The notes below the pieces were generated by a model. That model had not been told where the DNA came from, searched no databases, and saw only the letters and a list, made by a program, of their open reading frames with translations. From the human T2T-CHM13v2.0 reference genome, Homo sapiens: 64,000 nucleotides of DNA. The stretch is from assembly GCF_009914755.1 (NCBI RefSeq), contig NC_060928.1; one strand, given 5' to 3'. The position numbers and the translations under genes were made by a program. The number at the start of each line of letters is the position of its first letter. The stretch's first letter is position 1. Positions 46,365 to 64,000 of the stretch are shown here, piece after piece.

Positions 46365-46634
46365 CTGGTACAGAAGTTGGTGATTCAGACCGCCCCATTC
46401 AGATGTCCAGGGCCGGGCTAGTGTCTCAGCCACACTCCCCCACCTTCTGGCCGACCCCCCAAACCCTCCATCCACTCGACCCTCTGGCTGCCCCCACCAC
46501 CCTCCAGCCGCTCCTCCCACCTCCATCTGGCCCTGACCCTCCTGCCCGGGACCCTCCATCCAGTGTGCTGGGGTCTCCTGCTTTGCTTTCTGTTCCTCAA
46601 GAGACACAGGCAACTCCGTGGGGGGAGGGAGAGT

Positions 46635-46870
46635 GGCGCTGTGGTTGCGCGTCTGTATGCACCTGTGTGTGACTGCGTGCTTATGCGTACGTGTGGCTGT
46701 TGTGGTTGTGTTTGTGTGTGCACCACGTGGTCGTACATCTGTATGTGGTTCTGTGTTTGTGTCATATGCATGCCTGGCTGTGTGGTTGTGCATGTGTGTG
46801 TGGTTGACTGCATGCGGTTGTGTGATCAGGCTTGTCGTCTTGTGGTTGCGCGTGCAGTTGTGTGTGAGCT
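46635..46870. repeat. Degenerate (TG)n simple repeat
   Basis: Interrupted TG dinucleotide tract. Confidence 0.8.
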
Positions 46871-47011
46871 TCCAGGGGTTGAAGCGTCTTCTCTGGTCAT
46901 GTGTCCAGCAGAGGCCTGGCCTCCTGGAGGTGGTGCGGTTCAGCCATCTATGCAGGCAGTGGGTTGAGGGGCAGGGCTGGCTGTCAGAGGCAAGGTCACC
47001 AAGTCTGACCC

Positions 47012-47096
47012 CTGGGGCAGAAGCTGGCATGGGGGCTGGCAGGGGCCCTGCTGGGGCAGGAGCTGGCATGGGGGTTGGCAGGGGCCCTGCTGGGGC
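47012..47096. repeat. 39-bp G-rich tandem duplication (~2.2 units)
   Basis: ctggggcag(a/g)agctggcatggggg(c/t)tggcaggggccctg occurs twice. Confidence 0.8.
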
Positions 47097-48799
47097 TGCA
47101 GGGGACCGCTTGTTACTGGCACCCAGGCCCTAATTGCTCTGCGGTGCTAGTCACTACTTTTCTCATGAGCTGCTGATTCACAGGCCCCACAAACACCTCC
47201 CTAAACAGCTCTGCAACTCAGCCCACAGGACAGATATGCATAATTACGGGCTCTGAATACAGCAGGCACTGCGGGGAGCCCTGGCCCTCGGCAGCTCCAG
47301 AGAGCAGAGCAAGCTGGCTGGACCCAGCACACAGGTGTCACTGAGGGAGGTGACTTGGCAGAGCGGCCAGGCTCCTCCATGGCCACTTATAGCCCTCAGC
47401 GTTGCAGGGGTGCTCCTGGACCAGCCTCGTGTGTGTGAGGGGACTCCGGCCACACGTTGCCCCTGCAAATGCCGCTCTCCCCCCGCGGCCACCCGGCCCC
47501 CTCTCGAGGTGCTCCTCAGTGGTGAGGCACTGGCTCTGCCCCCTCCTTGAAGGTCTTGCCTCTGGGCTCTGCCCCCTGGATGCCAGACCTCCTAAGGACT
47601 GCCCCCGACCAGCTGAGCCCATGCCTCGGGTAGAGATGTCAGGTGAAATTGTGGGTTAGACTAACACCACCCAGCCACTTTCCACCTGGGTCCAGGTGTG
47701 CCCCCCACCTCGTTTCTGTGGATTCAGCAGCTCCATGTCCCTGGCGCTCTGGGTTCCCCCTCGCCATTACTATGCTGATACCGGGAAGCTCCGTGCTATA
47801 CGGAGCCTGGGGCGACGCCCTCGCCTGTAGCTATCTGTGCCAGTGCTGCCTCTGCCAGTCACTCAGGAGTGAGCTCCCTGTCGAGGGTGGGCAGGAGCTG
47901 TCATTTGGAAGGCCTGAGCTGTTGGTGGGAGGAGAATAGCTTTTTGGTTGAGTGCTCTGGGCTGAAGGTGTCACTCAGACAGGGCCATGCCTGCATCCTG
48001 CAGGCGCCGCCGACTGCACCTGTTTCCCTGCCCCCCATATCCTGGCTGTCTGAAGCTATCACAGGCAGTGGGGTGTGGGGAGAACGAGCCCCTCTTGCTG
48101 CCCTCGTCGCTGCTGGGGACAGGCAGGCAGCCTATGCTAGGCACTTGGCTGATAGCACAGATCTGGACTCCTCAACAGAAAGCTAAGAGGCTTGTGGTCA
48201 GTTTTCAGCCGCATCTGCCATGTTTTGCAAAGCAGATTTTAGGCCCATGACTCAAGGGAAACTGGGTCACAGTAGAGTTGCTCCTGGATTCTTCTAACAG
48301 TCCCCAGTCATTGGACCAAAATCTCTCTGCCTCCAGCGGGCTGTCTCTAGCAGGTGTGTGGGGGAGGCAAGGACAGCCCCCACAGTCCTGACTGCCTTTG
48401 TGCAAATCTTAACCCCCATGAGAAAAGCTAATTCACCCTAAAGTGAGTGACCCGTGGCTCTTTCTCCCTCCTGGAAAGGACTGGCGTCTATAAGGAGGTG
48501 GGTGAGCCTGGTCTCTCCCCACATTGCTCTCCTGATGGAAGGGGTTCCTGGCAGGGGTGGGGAGCTGCAGGGCTTTTGCAGCTCAGTGGGCTGCCCCTTC
48601 CCTCCCCTCCAGCTGATCCCATAGGCTCTGGGTCTGGTCGCGGGAGCCGGCATTTATAGAGCACCAGGTGTGCTGCGCTCTGCTCCAGGGGTGCCTGTGG
48701 GGGGCCCTCCCGCTCTGAGAGTGTGGAGGCCCCACTTGAGCCCTGGGCTGGTCCAGGCGCCAAAGGCTTCTGGAAGGCCCACCTCTAAGGAGCCGAGGA

Positions 48800-49790
48800 T
48801 TCGTGCTCCCCGCAGGCTGCAAAGCCACTAGGCTCAGAGGGACCCGCCGCGAACCTGGGGAGCGTCACAGATGCCGCCCACGCCCCCCCGCTTTTCGGCC
48901 CGGGTACTGCAGGGAGGCGCCTCCAGAACCACTTCCAAAAGCTGGGAATTGGGCGCAGCCAGGAGCGCAACAGAAACTGCGGGAAGCTTGTTCCTGGCAC
49001 AGAAACCCAAAGTGCCATTTGCTCTCCCGGCACAGACGCCGGAGCGGCGAGACCGGCGCAGAACGGGCGGCCCCGAGCACTGCTGCGACCCCGCCGGCCT
49101 CGACCTCGACACCCCGCGACCCCGCCGGACCCTGGAAGCATGAGCTGCATCCCGCATCCGCAGGAGGGCGGCGCTGCGACCCACCCCCGCCCCCGTTTCC
49201 AGAGGAGGCCGCTGCGGCGCGGGGCGGTCCCACGTGGTGCCTGAGGCTGGGACACCCCGACTCTGATTGCAGGGGGGTCGGATCCGAGGCTGGGGGTCCC
49301 GCAGTCTGGCTGGGGTCCGCTACTGGCCTCGACGTACAGGGGCCGACCCCACCCCTACCTCGTTCTCTGAGCCTCAGCTTCCCCCCGTGAGAGGTGGAGG
49401 CGGTGGGGGGGCGCACCGGGCACGACCCCGCGGCAATGACGGGGCTGGCAACGCCCCCCACAGCGGCACAGGCGGATAAACCCTCTGGGGAGGGAGTTCA
49501 GTCCCAGCGGGAGGGGCCCTTCCCACCCGGGAGCTCGCCCCAAACCGGGTGGAGAGGGGGTGGGGGGGGGTGCAGATCGCGGCGCCTCCCTGCCCTCTGG
49601 CCCTGCTGAGACTCCACCGCCCACCCCACCTCCCGGTAGCAGAAGGGGCAGAAGCAGAGACGTTTCCTCTGCAGACATCGGGGAGGGTGGGGTCAGGGCC
49701 GCGCGTTTCCAGCCCTGAGGCTCTTCCCGGGAACCCACCTCCCAGACCTTTGCTGGAGTGGCACCCACGCTCCCGAGACGCCCAGGCAGT
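48800..49790. promoter_or_regulatory. Intronic CpG island in CPLX1
   Basis: CpG-dense, apparently repeat-free, with GC boxes (ccccgcccc, gccccacgccc). Confidence 0.7.
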
Positions 49791-50142
49791 TTCTGGGGGG
49801 ATCTGCTTATACAGAGCAGCCGCCCCTGAGGTCAAAACCCTGCCCAGGGTTCCCTTACACGGTAAGTACAATGACAATGGCTGCATTCAATTTAGTATAC
49901 GTTATACATAATGTATATGTAAATACTACATCCATTAAAGTTGATTTTTAAAGCTTCATTTTGAAATAATTGTAGATTTACGGAAGAGTCACAAAGATTG
50001 TATAAGAGGGCTCCCTAGACGCTGACATTGCAGCCACCGAGTGTTCGTCAAAGCTGAGACCTGGACATGGTACCAGCGACCACCCCACTGAAGACTTCAT
50101 GTGGGCCTCACCACTTTTCCAGATCCGCCTCCCGGGTTCACG

Positions 50143-50337
50143 CAATTCTCTTGCCTCCGCCTCCTGAGTACCTGGGACTACAGGCACGCGCCACCACGCC
50201 TGGCTAATTTTTGTATTTTCAGTAGAGACGGGTTTCACCGTATTGGCCAGGGTGGTCTCGAACTCCTGACTGCCTGATCCGCCTGCCTCGGCCTCCTAAA
50301 GTGCTGGGATTACAGGCATGAGCCACTGCACCCAGCC
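50143..50337 (-). mobile_element. Truncated Alu
   Basis: Alu consensus in reverse orientation, lacking the tail portion. Confidence 0.85.
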
Positions 50338-51017
50338 CAATGTTAATTTTTAAGAATGGAAAAATGCTTTTTAACTTGAAATAAAACTACGGGGAAAATT
50401 ATAGAATTGAATGAAAAATTAAACAATATCTAAATAAAGAAAGACACTTGTTATTTTTCTGGCCAGGGTAACTCCACACGTAAAGACGTCCATCCTCCCC
50501 AAACTCCGAAGAATTAAGAAGAAAATTCTGTGAAATCTGACAAGCTGAGTGTTGCATACAGACCTGCAAAAGGCCCATTTGCCAGGACAGACACCTGAAG
50601 GAAAAAGAGGAGAGTGAGGTCCACCAGATACCAAGACAGAATGATGATGGTGCAGTGGGAGGAAGACAGACAACGGGCCCAGAGTGGGGAGCCCATCCCC
50701 AGACCCCCACAGACACAGGACCCACACGTGGGACCAGAGACAGAGGTGGAGGCTCAGGACCCTGGAGAAAGAATGCAGTATCCCCAGATGGGACAGGATA
50801 CTTAATGGGAAAGAATAAAACTGGACCCCTGCACAACACACAGACACATTCTTATTGATTGTAGAACTAAACATGAATCCCAAATAAATGTAGGCAAAGA
50901 AAAACACAGTCCTTGCCACTCTCTGGCCCGTCACCAGCTGTATTTCCCTTTGTAGTTGTCCATTACCTGAAATGGTGCCATCTGTTGTTTGTTTGCTTCT
51001 GATTGCCAGTCTGCTAA

Positions 51018-52451
<1,434 letters not shown>

Positions 52452-52739
52452 AGATAGTGCTTTCAGAAGCGCACTGGCTCAATTCAATATCCATGTGCAA
52501 AATAAACACATATGTAAATGTTTTCCTTTACCTGACACTTTATATAAAAATGAACTCACAATCAATCATAGATCTAAATGTCAAAGCTGAAATTATACAA
52601 CTTCTAGAAGAAAACAGAAGAGAAAATTTCTGGGACTTTGGCTTAAGCAAAGATTTCTTATATAAGTGACAAAAGCATAAATCTTAAAAAGAAAAATTGA
52701 TAAACTGAATTTCATCAACATTAAACATTTTTGCTCTTC

Positions 52740-54018
52740 TGCGATATTATGAGATATATATATATGTTTTCATCTATGGCTCCTGCCTCTCACTCCCATG
52801 GCCCTTGTTATAATGTTGGGGCCCTTTAGAATCAGGAAACAGAACCCCTCTCTCTGACCTTCTGCCCTCTTTTCACCTGTGCAGGGCAGGACTCAAATCT
52901 TCCCCTGACTTCCTGTTGGTGAGTCATAAGCCCTCATTTCAGAAGGGGCCCTGCCCCGTGCCCTGGAGGAAGGAACGCTACAGAGAGAGGCCAAGAGGAA
53001 TCTGGACAGGCCTTGCTGGGTTTAGATCACACCCTTTTCATCGGTCGCATTTCTACGGGGACGTCCATGCTTCTTCCACCATGCCTATCCGATGGAGTCT
53101 CCTCAAGAGGCGGGGTTCAGGAGCTTCCAGAGAGCTGGGCACATGGAGGCTGGAAGGAAGGCGAAGAACTCATCCACGTGCCAGGAGGGTAGCACCCCAG
53201 CTCCACGGGGTGGAAGCTCCTCAGAAGGGTGGCACCCCAACTCCACAGGGTGGAAGCTCCTATCCTTGGGACCCTTCAGGCCTGGCCATGTGTCTCTTCA
53301 TCTGGCTATGTGTATCCTTGAAAATATCCTCTGTAGGCTGGGCATGGTGGCTCACACCTGTAATCCCAGCACTTTGGGAGGCCGAGATGGGCGGATCACC
53401 TGAGGTCTGGAGTTCGAGACCAGCCCAGTCAACATGGTGAAACCCCGTCTCTACTAAAAATACAAAAATTATCCAGGCATGGTGGCATGTGCCTGTAATC
53501 CCAGCTACTCAGTAGGCTGAGGCACAAGAATTGCTTGAACCCAGGAGGCAGAGGTTGCAGTGAGCCGAGATTGCACCATTGTACTTTAGCCTGAGCGACA
53601 GAGGCAGGCTCCGTCTCAAAAAATAAAAAATAAAAAGATCCTCTGTAATAAACCATAGGCATATGTTTCCCTGAATTCTGTGAGTTGCTCTAGGAATTAA
53701 ACCCAAGAGGGGTCGCATGAACCCCAACTCGAAGCCGGTCGTTCAGACATTCTAGGGTCCTGGACTTGCGACTGGTGGGATGGAGGGGGCAGCCTTGTGG
53801 GACTGAGCCCTCAACGTGGGGTTTCTGAGGCTGTCTCCAGGTAGACAGCATCAGAATGGAATTGAATTGGAGAACACCCTGCTGTTGTCCACTGCCGGAC
53901 TGACTGCTTGCTTGGTGGGTGGGGAAAACCTTCATACATTTGGTCACAGACATCTTCTGTGTTGATTATCCTTGTGGAGTGAGGGCAAAGGGAAAAACAG
54001 TTTGAGTTTTTCTTAACA
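52740..54018. mobile_element. Solo LTR (MER21-like) inserted in L1 and carrying an Alu (53336-53636)
   Basis: TG...CA termini with 5-bp TSD TCTTC (52735-52739 and 54019-54023). Removing it restores the L1 motif ttttgctcttcaaaagacactgt. The Alu TSD is atcctctgta. Confidence 0.75.
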
Positions 54019-54107
54019 TCTTCAAAAGACACTGTCTTAAAAAATGAAAAGGTACACCACAGGCTGAGAGAATATATTTGCAAACCACACATCTGATAAA
54101 GATCTTA

Positions 54108-55114
<1,007 letters not shown>

Positions 55115-55204
55115 TTACAACTCAATAACAGGAACACAAACAACCTGATTTTTAAAGTGGACAAAAGACATTTCACCAAAGAAGAGAAACAGATGGCAAC
55201 TAAG

Positions 55205-55518
55205 TATAGTCATGGACCATGTAAAGCAACATGATGTCGCAGCCATTGTAAGGTGTACCACGTGGTACCTTTTCTATGTTTAGATGTGCTTAGGTACGCA
55301 AATACTCACCACTGTGTTACAACTTCCGTGCCATTCAGGCAGTCACGTGCTGTGCAGGGTTGTGCCCGGGAGCACCAGGCTACCCCCAACAGCCTGGGCG
55401 TGCAGGGTTGCTCCATCTGGGTGTGCAACAGTGCACTCTTTGATGTTCGCACAGCAACAAAGTCACCTAATGACACAGTCCTCAGAACTTGTCCCTTTCG
55501 TTACATGATGCATGACTG
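55205..55518 (+). mobile_element. Tigger3/MER7-like DNA transposon remnant
   Basis: agtcatg...catgactg terminal repeats; internal gtaccttttctatgtttagat and tgatgttcgcacagcaac. Confidence 0.7.
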
Positions 55519-56416
55519 CACGAAAAGACACACGTGGCTGTTACAAATAAAGTTGATCGACGTGTCAGTCATAAGGGAATTCAAACTTAAATCACACAGA
55601 GATACCACCACATTCCTACTCAAATGTCTGAAATTAAAAAGACTGACTGTGCTAAGTGTTGGCAAGGAACACTGGTGGAGGAACTGGAACACTCATGCAT
55701 ACTTGTGGGAAGGTAAATGCTACAACCACTTTGCCAACAGTTGAGCATTTTCCTGTACAACTGAACATGCCACCAAATGACCCAGAAATTCCACTCCTAG
55801 GTGTTTACCCAAGAGAAACAAACACTTAAGTTCACACAATGGCAGGAACAAGAATGTTCATGGTAGTTTCATTTGTAACAGCCAAAACCAGAAAGCAACT
55901 CAAATGTCCATCAACAGGTGAATAGACAAACTGTGGTATGTCCACACAGGTAGCATCACTTAGCAACAGAGACAGATGAATTGCTGATACACCAAACAAC
56001 ACGGGAGAATCTCAAAGTCTTTATGCTGAGTGTAAAAGGCCAGATACAAATTATTTAATTTCATGTATGTACATTTGGGTGCAAACTAATCTACAGTGAC
56101 AGAAAGAAAATGTAGATTGCCTGGGGCCAGGCAGACTTAACCACGGTGATGGTGAAACTCATTGGAGTGTACCCTTAAGAGAGCAATGGTTATTGAAAAT
56201 AAATTGCACCACTATCAAATTGATCAGAAGCCCTAACAAATTAAAAGCTAGAGATATTACAGGCCATTTTCCCTGATCATAATCTAATCAAGTTACAAAT
56301 ACTAAAAACATGACCAAATCACTAAGTATGGAAGCCCAAATATTAGAAACAAGGACGTAAGTAACCCTTCAACTGAAGAGGAAATAAAAACTGAAAGTGT
56401 AAAAATTCCAGAAAGC

Positions 56417-56716
<300 letters not shown>

Positions 56717-57044
56717 ATTCCAGAAAGCATGAAAGATAAACACTAGGCGTCTGAACTTAGGGTCCAGGGCTAAAACTTTTTTTGGGAGGAAATTCATAGT
56801 CCTTCATTTTAAGGAAGAGCAGAAAGTATAGGAACTTCATTGCCATCTTAAGAAATTTAAAAGAAACAAAACAAAATAATCCCAAATAAGACAGGAAGAG
56901 ATAATTAATGAAGAGAAAAGCAGAAAATGGACAATGGTAAACAGTAAATCTGCCTGCAGTAAGACCGAGGGCATGACACACAGCTTCCGCTGCGATTCTG
57001 CGCTGTTTCGAAGGGTCCAGTGAAGCGCATGAAAAGATAAGACA

Positions 57045-57925
57045 CAGTCATGTGCCACATAAGGCCGTTTCAGTCAACAGCAGGCCGCATGTACGACAGT
57101 GCCCTGGAAGGCGACAGCACCGAATTCTCACGGTGCCTTTTCTTTCCTTTTTTTTTTTGAGACGGAATCTCGCTCTGTCGCCCAGGCTGGTGTACAGTGG
57201 CGCCATCTCGGGTCACTGCAAGCTCCGCCTCCCAGGTTCACGCCATTCTCCCGCCTCAGCCTCTGGAGTAGCTGGGACTGCAGGCGTCCGCCACCGCGCC
57301 CGGCTAATTTTTTGTATTTTTTTTTTTTAGTAGAGACGGGGTTTCACCGTGGTCTCGATCTCCTGACCTCGTGATCTGCCCGCCTCGGCCTCTCAAAGCG
57401 CTGGGATTACAGGCGTGAGCCACCGCGCCCGGCCTTCTTTCTTTCTCTTGAGACCTGTTGTCCAGACTGGAGTGCAATGGCGTGATCTTGGCTCGCTGCA
57501 ACCTCCACTCCTGGGTTCAAGCCATTCTTGTGCCTCAGCCTCTCAAGTAGCTGGGATTACAGGCGTGTGCCACCACGCCTGGCTAATTTTTGCATTTTTA
57601 GCAGAGATGGGGTTTCACCATGTTTGGCCAAGCTGTTCTCAAACTCCTGACCTCAAATGATCCACCCACCTTGGCATCCCAAAGTGCTGAGATTACAGGC
57701 GTGAGCCACCACGCCTGGCCTCACGGTGCCTTTTCTATGCTTAGGTGCACAGCCTCACCCTGGTGCTGCCGCTACTGCGGTGTTCAGTGAGATGTGTGTT
57801 GTGCAGGTTTGCAGCCGGGGAACAATGGTTGCACCACACGGCCTGGGCGTGCAGGAGGCTGCATCATCTAGGCTTGTGAAGGGAGATTCCATGACAGTCC
57901 CACAGCCACGAACGTATTCCCGTCA
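57045..57925 (+). mobile_element. Second Tigger3/MER7-like remnant, split by two antisense Alus (57144-57433 and ~57445-57720)
   Basis: Starts cagtcatgtgccacataa. A 16-bp TSD, tcacggtgccttttct, lies at 57128-57143 and 57721-57736. Confidence 0.7.
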
Positions 57926-59139
57926 ACACAGGATGGTAATAAGAGTTATAAAAGAAGACAGCCAATTATCTCTTTCTCCGTCTCTCCCACCTCTCTTCCT
58001 GATGACACGATCCTATCTCTGAGAAACTCAAGACAGTGCAGTAAAAACCTACCAGAACACATCATGGGATGTGGCAGCATGGCTAAATACAATATCCATA
58101 CTTCCGAATTAATAGTTTTCCCCCACACTGTCAAGAACAAGCTAGAAACAGGAACAGGAATGACGTTCCACTTACAATAATGAGGAAAACACACAATAAG
58201 TACGAAAATATAACCTACTTAGAAATAAAAGGGAAGTCTATAGAACCTATATCAGAAAAAAATCATGGATTTAAATCGTACGGTTTTGGAAAGACATGCC
58301 AGATTCTTGGTGGGCAGGCTTAATATCATAATGACGTCAGCCGCATCAACAATAATGTGCAATTGTATGTAATCCGGATCGCACCTTCAGCTTAAACTCC
58401 AACGCTTTTGTTCTTTTTGGGGCTTTGGATAAAATTAAGGTTCATATGGCAGAATTGATGTCAGAGGAGACTTAACCCAAGTGTCACAAAGAAGTGAAAA
58501 CGCACCTTGCGGGGGCTCGGGAAGTGCCTGCAGAGTCCCAGAGACGGCTCTGGCGGTCGTCAGCCTGGAGGCCGGCAAGCGTGGGGAGCGACGTGCTCAG
58601 CCTCCACGGGAAAGGTGGGCGGCGGCAGCCATTTTGGAACGCAGGCGGCAGCCATTTTGGAACGCAGTGCGTCGCCGCGAGCACGTGCGGAGTTCACCCG
58701 GCGTCCCACTCCTGCGCGGCGGCCGGCTAGGGCGGGTGCTCCTCTGTGGAGAAACGTGCCCACGCACGCTCGCGCACCGTCTGTCTCGGCAGCGGCCCTG
58801 GCGTGTGGCTGGAGACAAGGTGATATCTTGGGCGTGTGGCCATACGCCCATCGCACATCCACACAGGGAAGCCCGGGGCCTGGAGCGGGAGGGAGGGGCT
58901 GCTGTGGGCGCTGCAGCCGGAGAGCCACAGGCAGACAAACGCGCCGCAGAGCCCATGTTTGGAAGGCAAAAAGGAAAAACAATCATGTATGAATATACCC
59001 CTGTTGTTAGGATTATCTAAAGATAGAAGGAGGATCGGAGGGTTACACACGAGGTTCACACCGAACCCAAACCCTGAAAAACATAACAGGTGTTCCTTTG
59101 AAGCTCTCATGGAATGCTTACAAGGGCCAGGTGTCAGTC

Positions 59140-59875
59140 TGCACCACAATGAGATACCGGCTCACACCCACTCAGACGGCTGTTATCAAAAACCAGGAAA
59201 TCACAAGTGTTGGCAACAATGTGAAGAAACTGGAACCCTGTGCCTTGTTGTTGGGAATGAGAAACAGCACAGCTGCTGTGGAAACAGTCTGGCTGTTCCT
59301 CAAAAAATTAAACATAGAATTGCCATATGATCTAGCGATTCCATTTCTGGGTATAGACCCACAAGAACTGAAAGCAGAGTCTCTCACAGATACCTCCATA
59401 CCCCTGTTCATAGCAGCATTAACCACAATAACCAAGAGGGAGAAACAACCCAGGGTGTCCATCAGCAGATGAATGGACAAGCACAATGTGGTGTAGACAG
59501 AATGGAATATTATGCAGCCTTAAAAAGGAATTAAGTTCCAACACAAACTGCAACATGGATGAACCTTGAGGACACTATGCTAAATGAAATAAGCCAGACA
59601 CAAAAAGACAAATACTGTAAGATTCCACTTAGATGAGGTCCCTAGAGTAGCCAAATTCATTGAGACAGGAAGTAAAGTGGTGGGTGCGAGGGGCTGGGGG
59701 AAGGAGAGTGGGGAGTGAGTGTTTAGTGTAGACAGAGTTTCAGTTGGAAATGATGAAAAGTTCTGGAAATAGAGGTGTTAGTTGCACAACATTGTGATGT
59801 ACTTAATGCCACTGAATTGTGCACTTAACATAATTTAAATGGTAAATTTTATGCTATATATTTTACCACAAAAAA
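59140..59875 (+). mobile_element. L1M (L1MB-like) 3' end
   Basis: caatgagatacc...aaaaaattaaacatagaattgccatatgatc...atggtaaattttatg. Confidence 0.85.
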
Positions 59876-59879
59876 GAGA

Positions 59880-62020
<2,141 letters not shown>

Positions 62021-63097
62021 AATCCTCCTCCTGGGCCCTTGTAAATGTAACATCTCTCTAACAACAAACGAGTTGGAAAATATTAAAACCACGGTTACCA
62101 CATCTCCAGGAACTGGATGTATCGAGGCCTCAATCCAGCGGCATGTCAGGGGTGGCCCATGCTGTTCATTCCCTGAAACGCTCACGCTCCCGGCAAGCCC
62201 AGGCATACACAGCAAAAAACACCTCACTCCAATTGCCACAGAAAAAGCAACCAAACAAACCAAGGCAGGCAGAGGAAAGGAGTTTGCAAAGCTAACGGCA
62301 AAACGAATCCGTCCAGAAAGACAAATGTCAAAAGAGTCAGCGGTTCAGGAGGTGGGTCTTGAACCTCCCATAAAACAGGCATCAGGCAGCTGCTCAGAGT
62401 GAGAAGACAGAAAGAAGCCTGGGACACACAAAACGAGGGGAAACGATTGAGAACTAGCCACACCCAGACAGGAAATAAGATGGTCAAATAATATTTTACA
62501 CACACTTTCCTAATACACTTAAAAACTTGAATGAAATGGATTGTCTTTAAAACCCGTTGTAAAAAATCTGAGAACGATGTCTAAGAATTCACAGATGGAT
62601 TCTTTCAAACATTCAAGAAACAGATAATTCCAATGATATTTAGAATGTTCTTGGAACGGAGAAAAAGAAGGAAATCCTCTGGGTTATTTTTGTGAAATTA
62701 ACATAAGAGCAATGCCAAAAATTGGTGGAGAGATAGCGATAGAGATAGAGAGCGCGCGAGTGCGCGGGCGGCAGGCCGGGCTCCAGCGAGAATGTCAGTG
62801 CTGAACGCTGGGCCAGAGCGGGAGGAGAGTCTGGCGTTCCATGGGAAACACAGTGAGTACTCAGTGGGGCTCATTTTAGCAAAGTGAGGATGGTTCAATA
62901 TTCAAACACGATTATGCTCCTCACGCTGTGAACCGTATCTTGCGGTTGCTATTCTCAGGGCTGGCGGGTGGCTCTCGCCACCCCACGTCCTCGCCTATAG
63001 ACAGTGGAACGGTGATGACTCCCCAAGGCCCCTTCAGCCTTGGGTAGGGCAGGAGTGCACGGGGTGGGGCCCGGCCAAAGCTTCTCATTCTCCCCCA

Positions 63098-63246
63098 GAA
63101 AGGGGCCCTATGGCTGCCAAGCCTCTGCCCTGTCTCACGCCCTTACTGAAACGGGCCCTGTGGCTGCTGAGCCTCTGCCCTGCCTCGTGCCCTCAAGGAA
63201 ACGGGCCCTGTGGCTGCTGAGCCTCTGCCCTGCCTGCTGCCCTCAC
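63098..63246. repeat. ~50-bp tandem repeat, 3 diverging units
   Basis: aacgggccctgtggctgctgagcctctgccctgcct at ~63149 and ~63200, with a diverged copy at ~63099. Confidence 0.8.
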
Positions 63247-63395
63247 TCAGCCTTGAACACGGACACATGGCCTGAGGGGGTGGGGGGGACCTCAGGCCGT
63301 GGGGGCCACATGTGTGACCACTTCATGACCATCACAAAGGTAGGCGTCCTCCGTAACTCTCAGAACCCAACTTTTAAACAGCTTTATGGAGGTAA

Positions 63396-64000
<605 letters not shown>

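Noticed and set aside
45825-47069. 414-aa minus-strand ORF
   Set aside because: Runs through a TG simple repeat and an alternative frame of the CPLX1 exon, with no recognisable domain.

Overview
This is human (primate) genomic DNA, not microbial. It matches the PCGF3-CPLX1 locus, which I recall lies at 4p16.3. The + strand carries the last four coding exons and ~4 kb 3'UTR of PCGF3 (Polycomb group RING finger 3). The - strand carries the last two coding exons and 3'UTR of CPLX1 (complexin-1); its start-codon exon lies beyond the right end of the window. The two genes converge tail-to-tail about 15 kb apart. Between them lie a solo LTR12 with an intact 4-bp target-site duplication (TSD) and a CpG-island promoter with three CCAAT boxes, probably the antisense lncRNA PCGF3-AS1/LOC100129917. 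The rest is dense Alu, L1, MaLR/ERV LTR and Tigger3-like remnants plus several minisatellites. Almost all ORF-track entries are non-coding artefacts of Alus, GC-rich DNA or tandem repeats. I see no evidence of a new multi-gene system. The features most worth a second look are: (1) a 57-bp VNTR that multiplies a PCGF3 5' splice site 11 times; (2) a ~2.1-kb 53-bp VNTR that is stop-free in all six frames and has a Kozak-context ATG on the antisense strand; (3) an apparent ancient L1 remnant turned CpG-rich patch with tandem YY1-like motifs in a CPLX1 intron. Repeat family names and boundaries are by eye and approximate.
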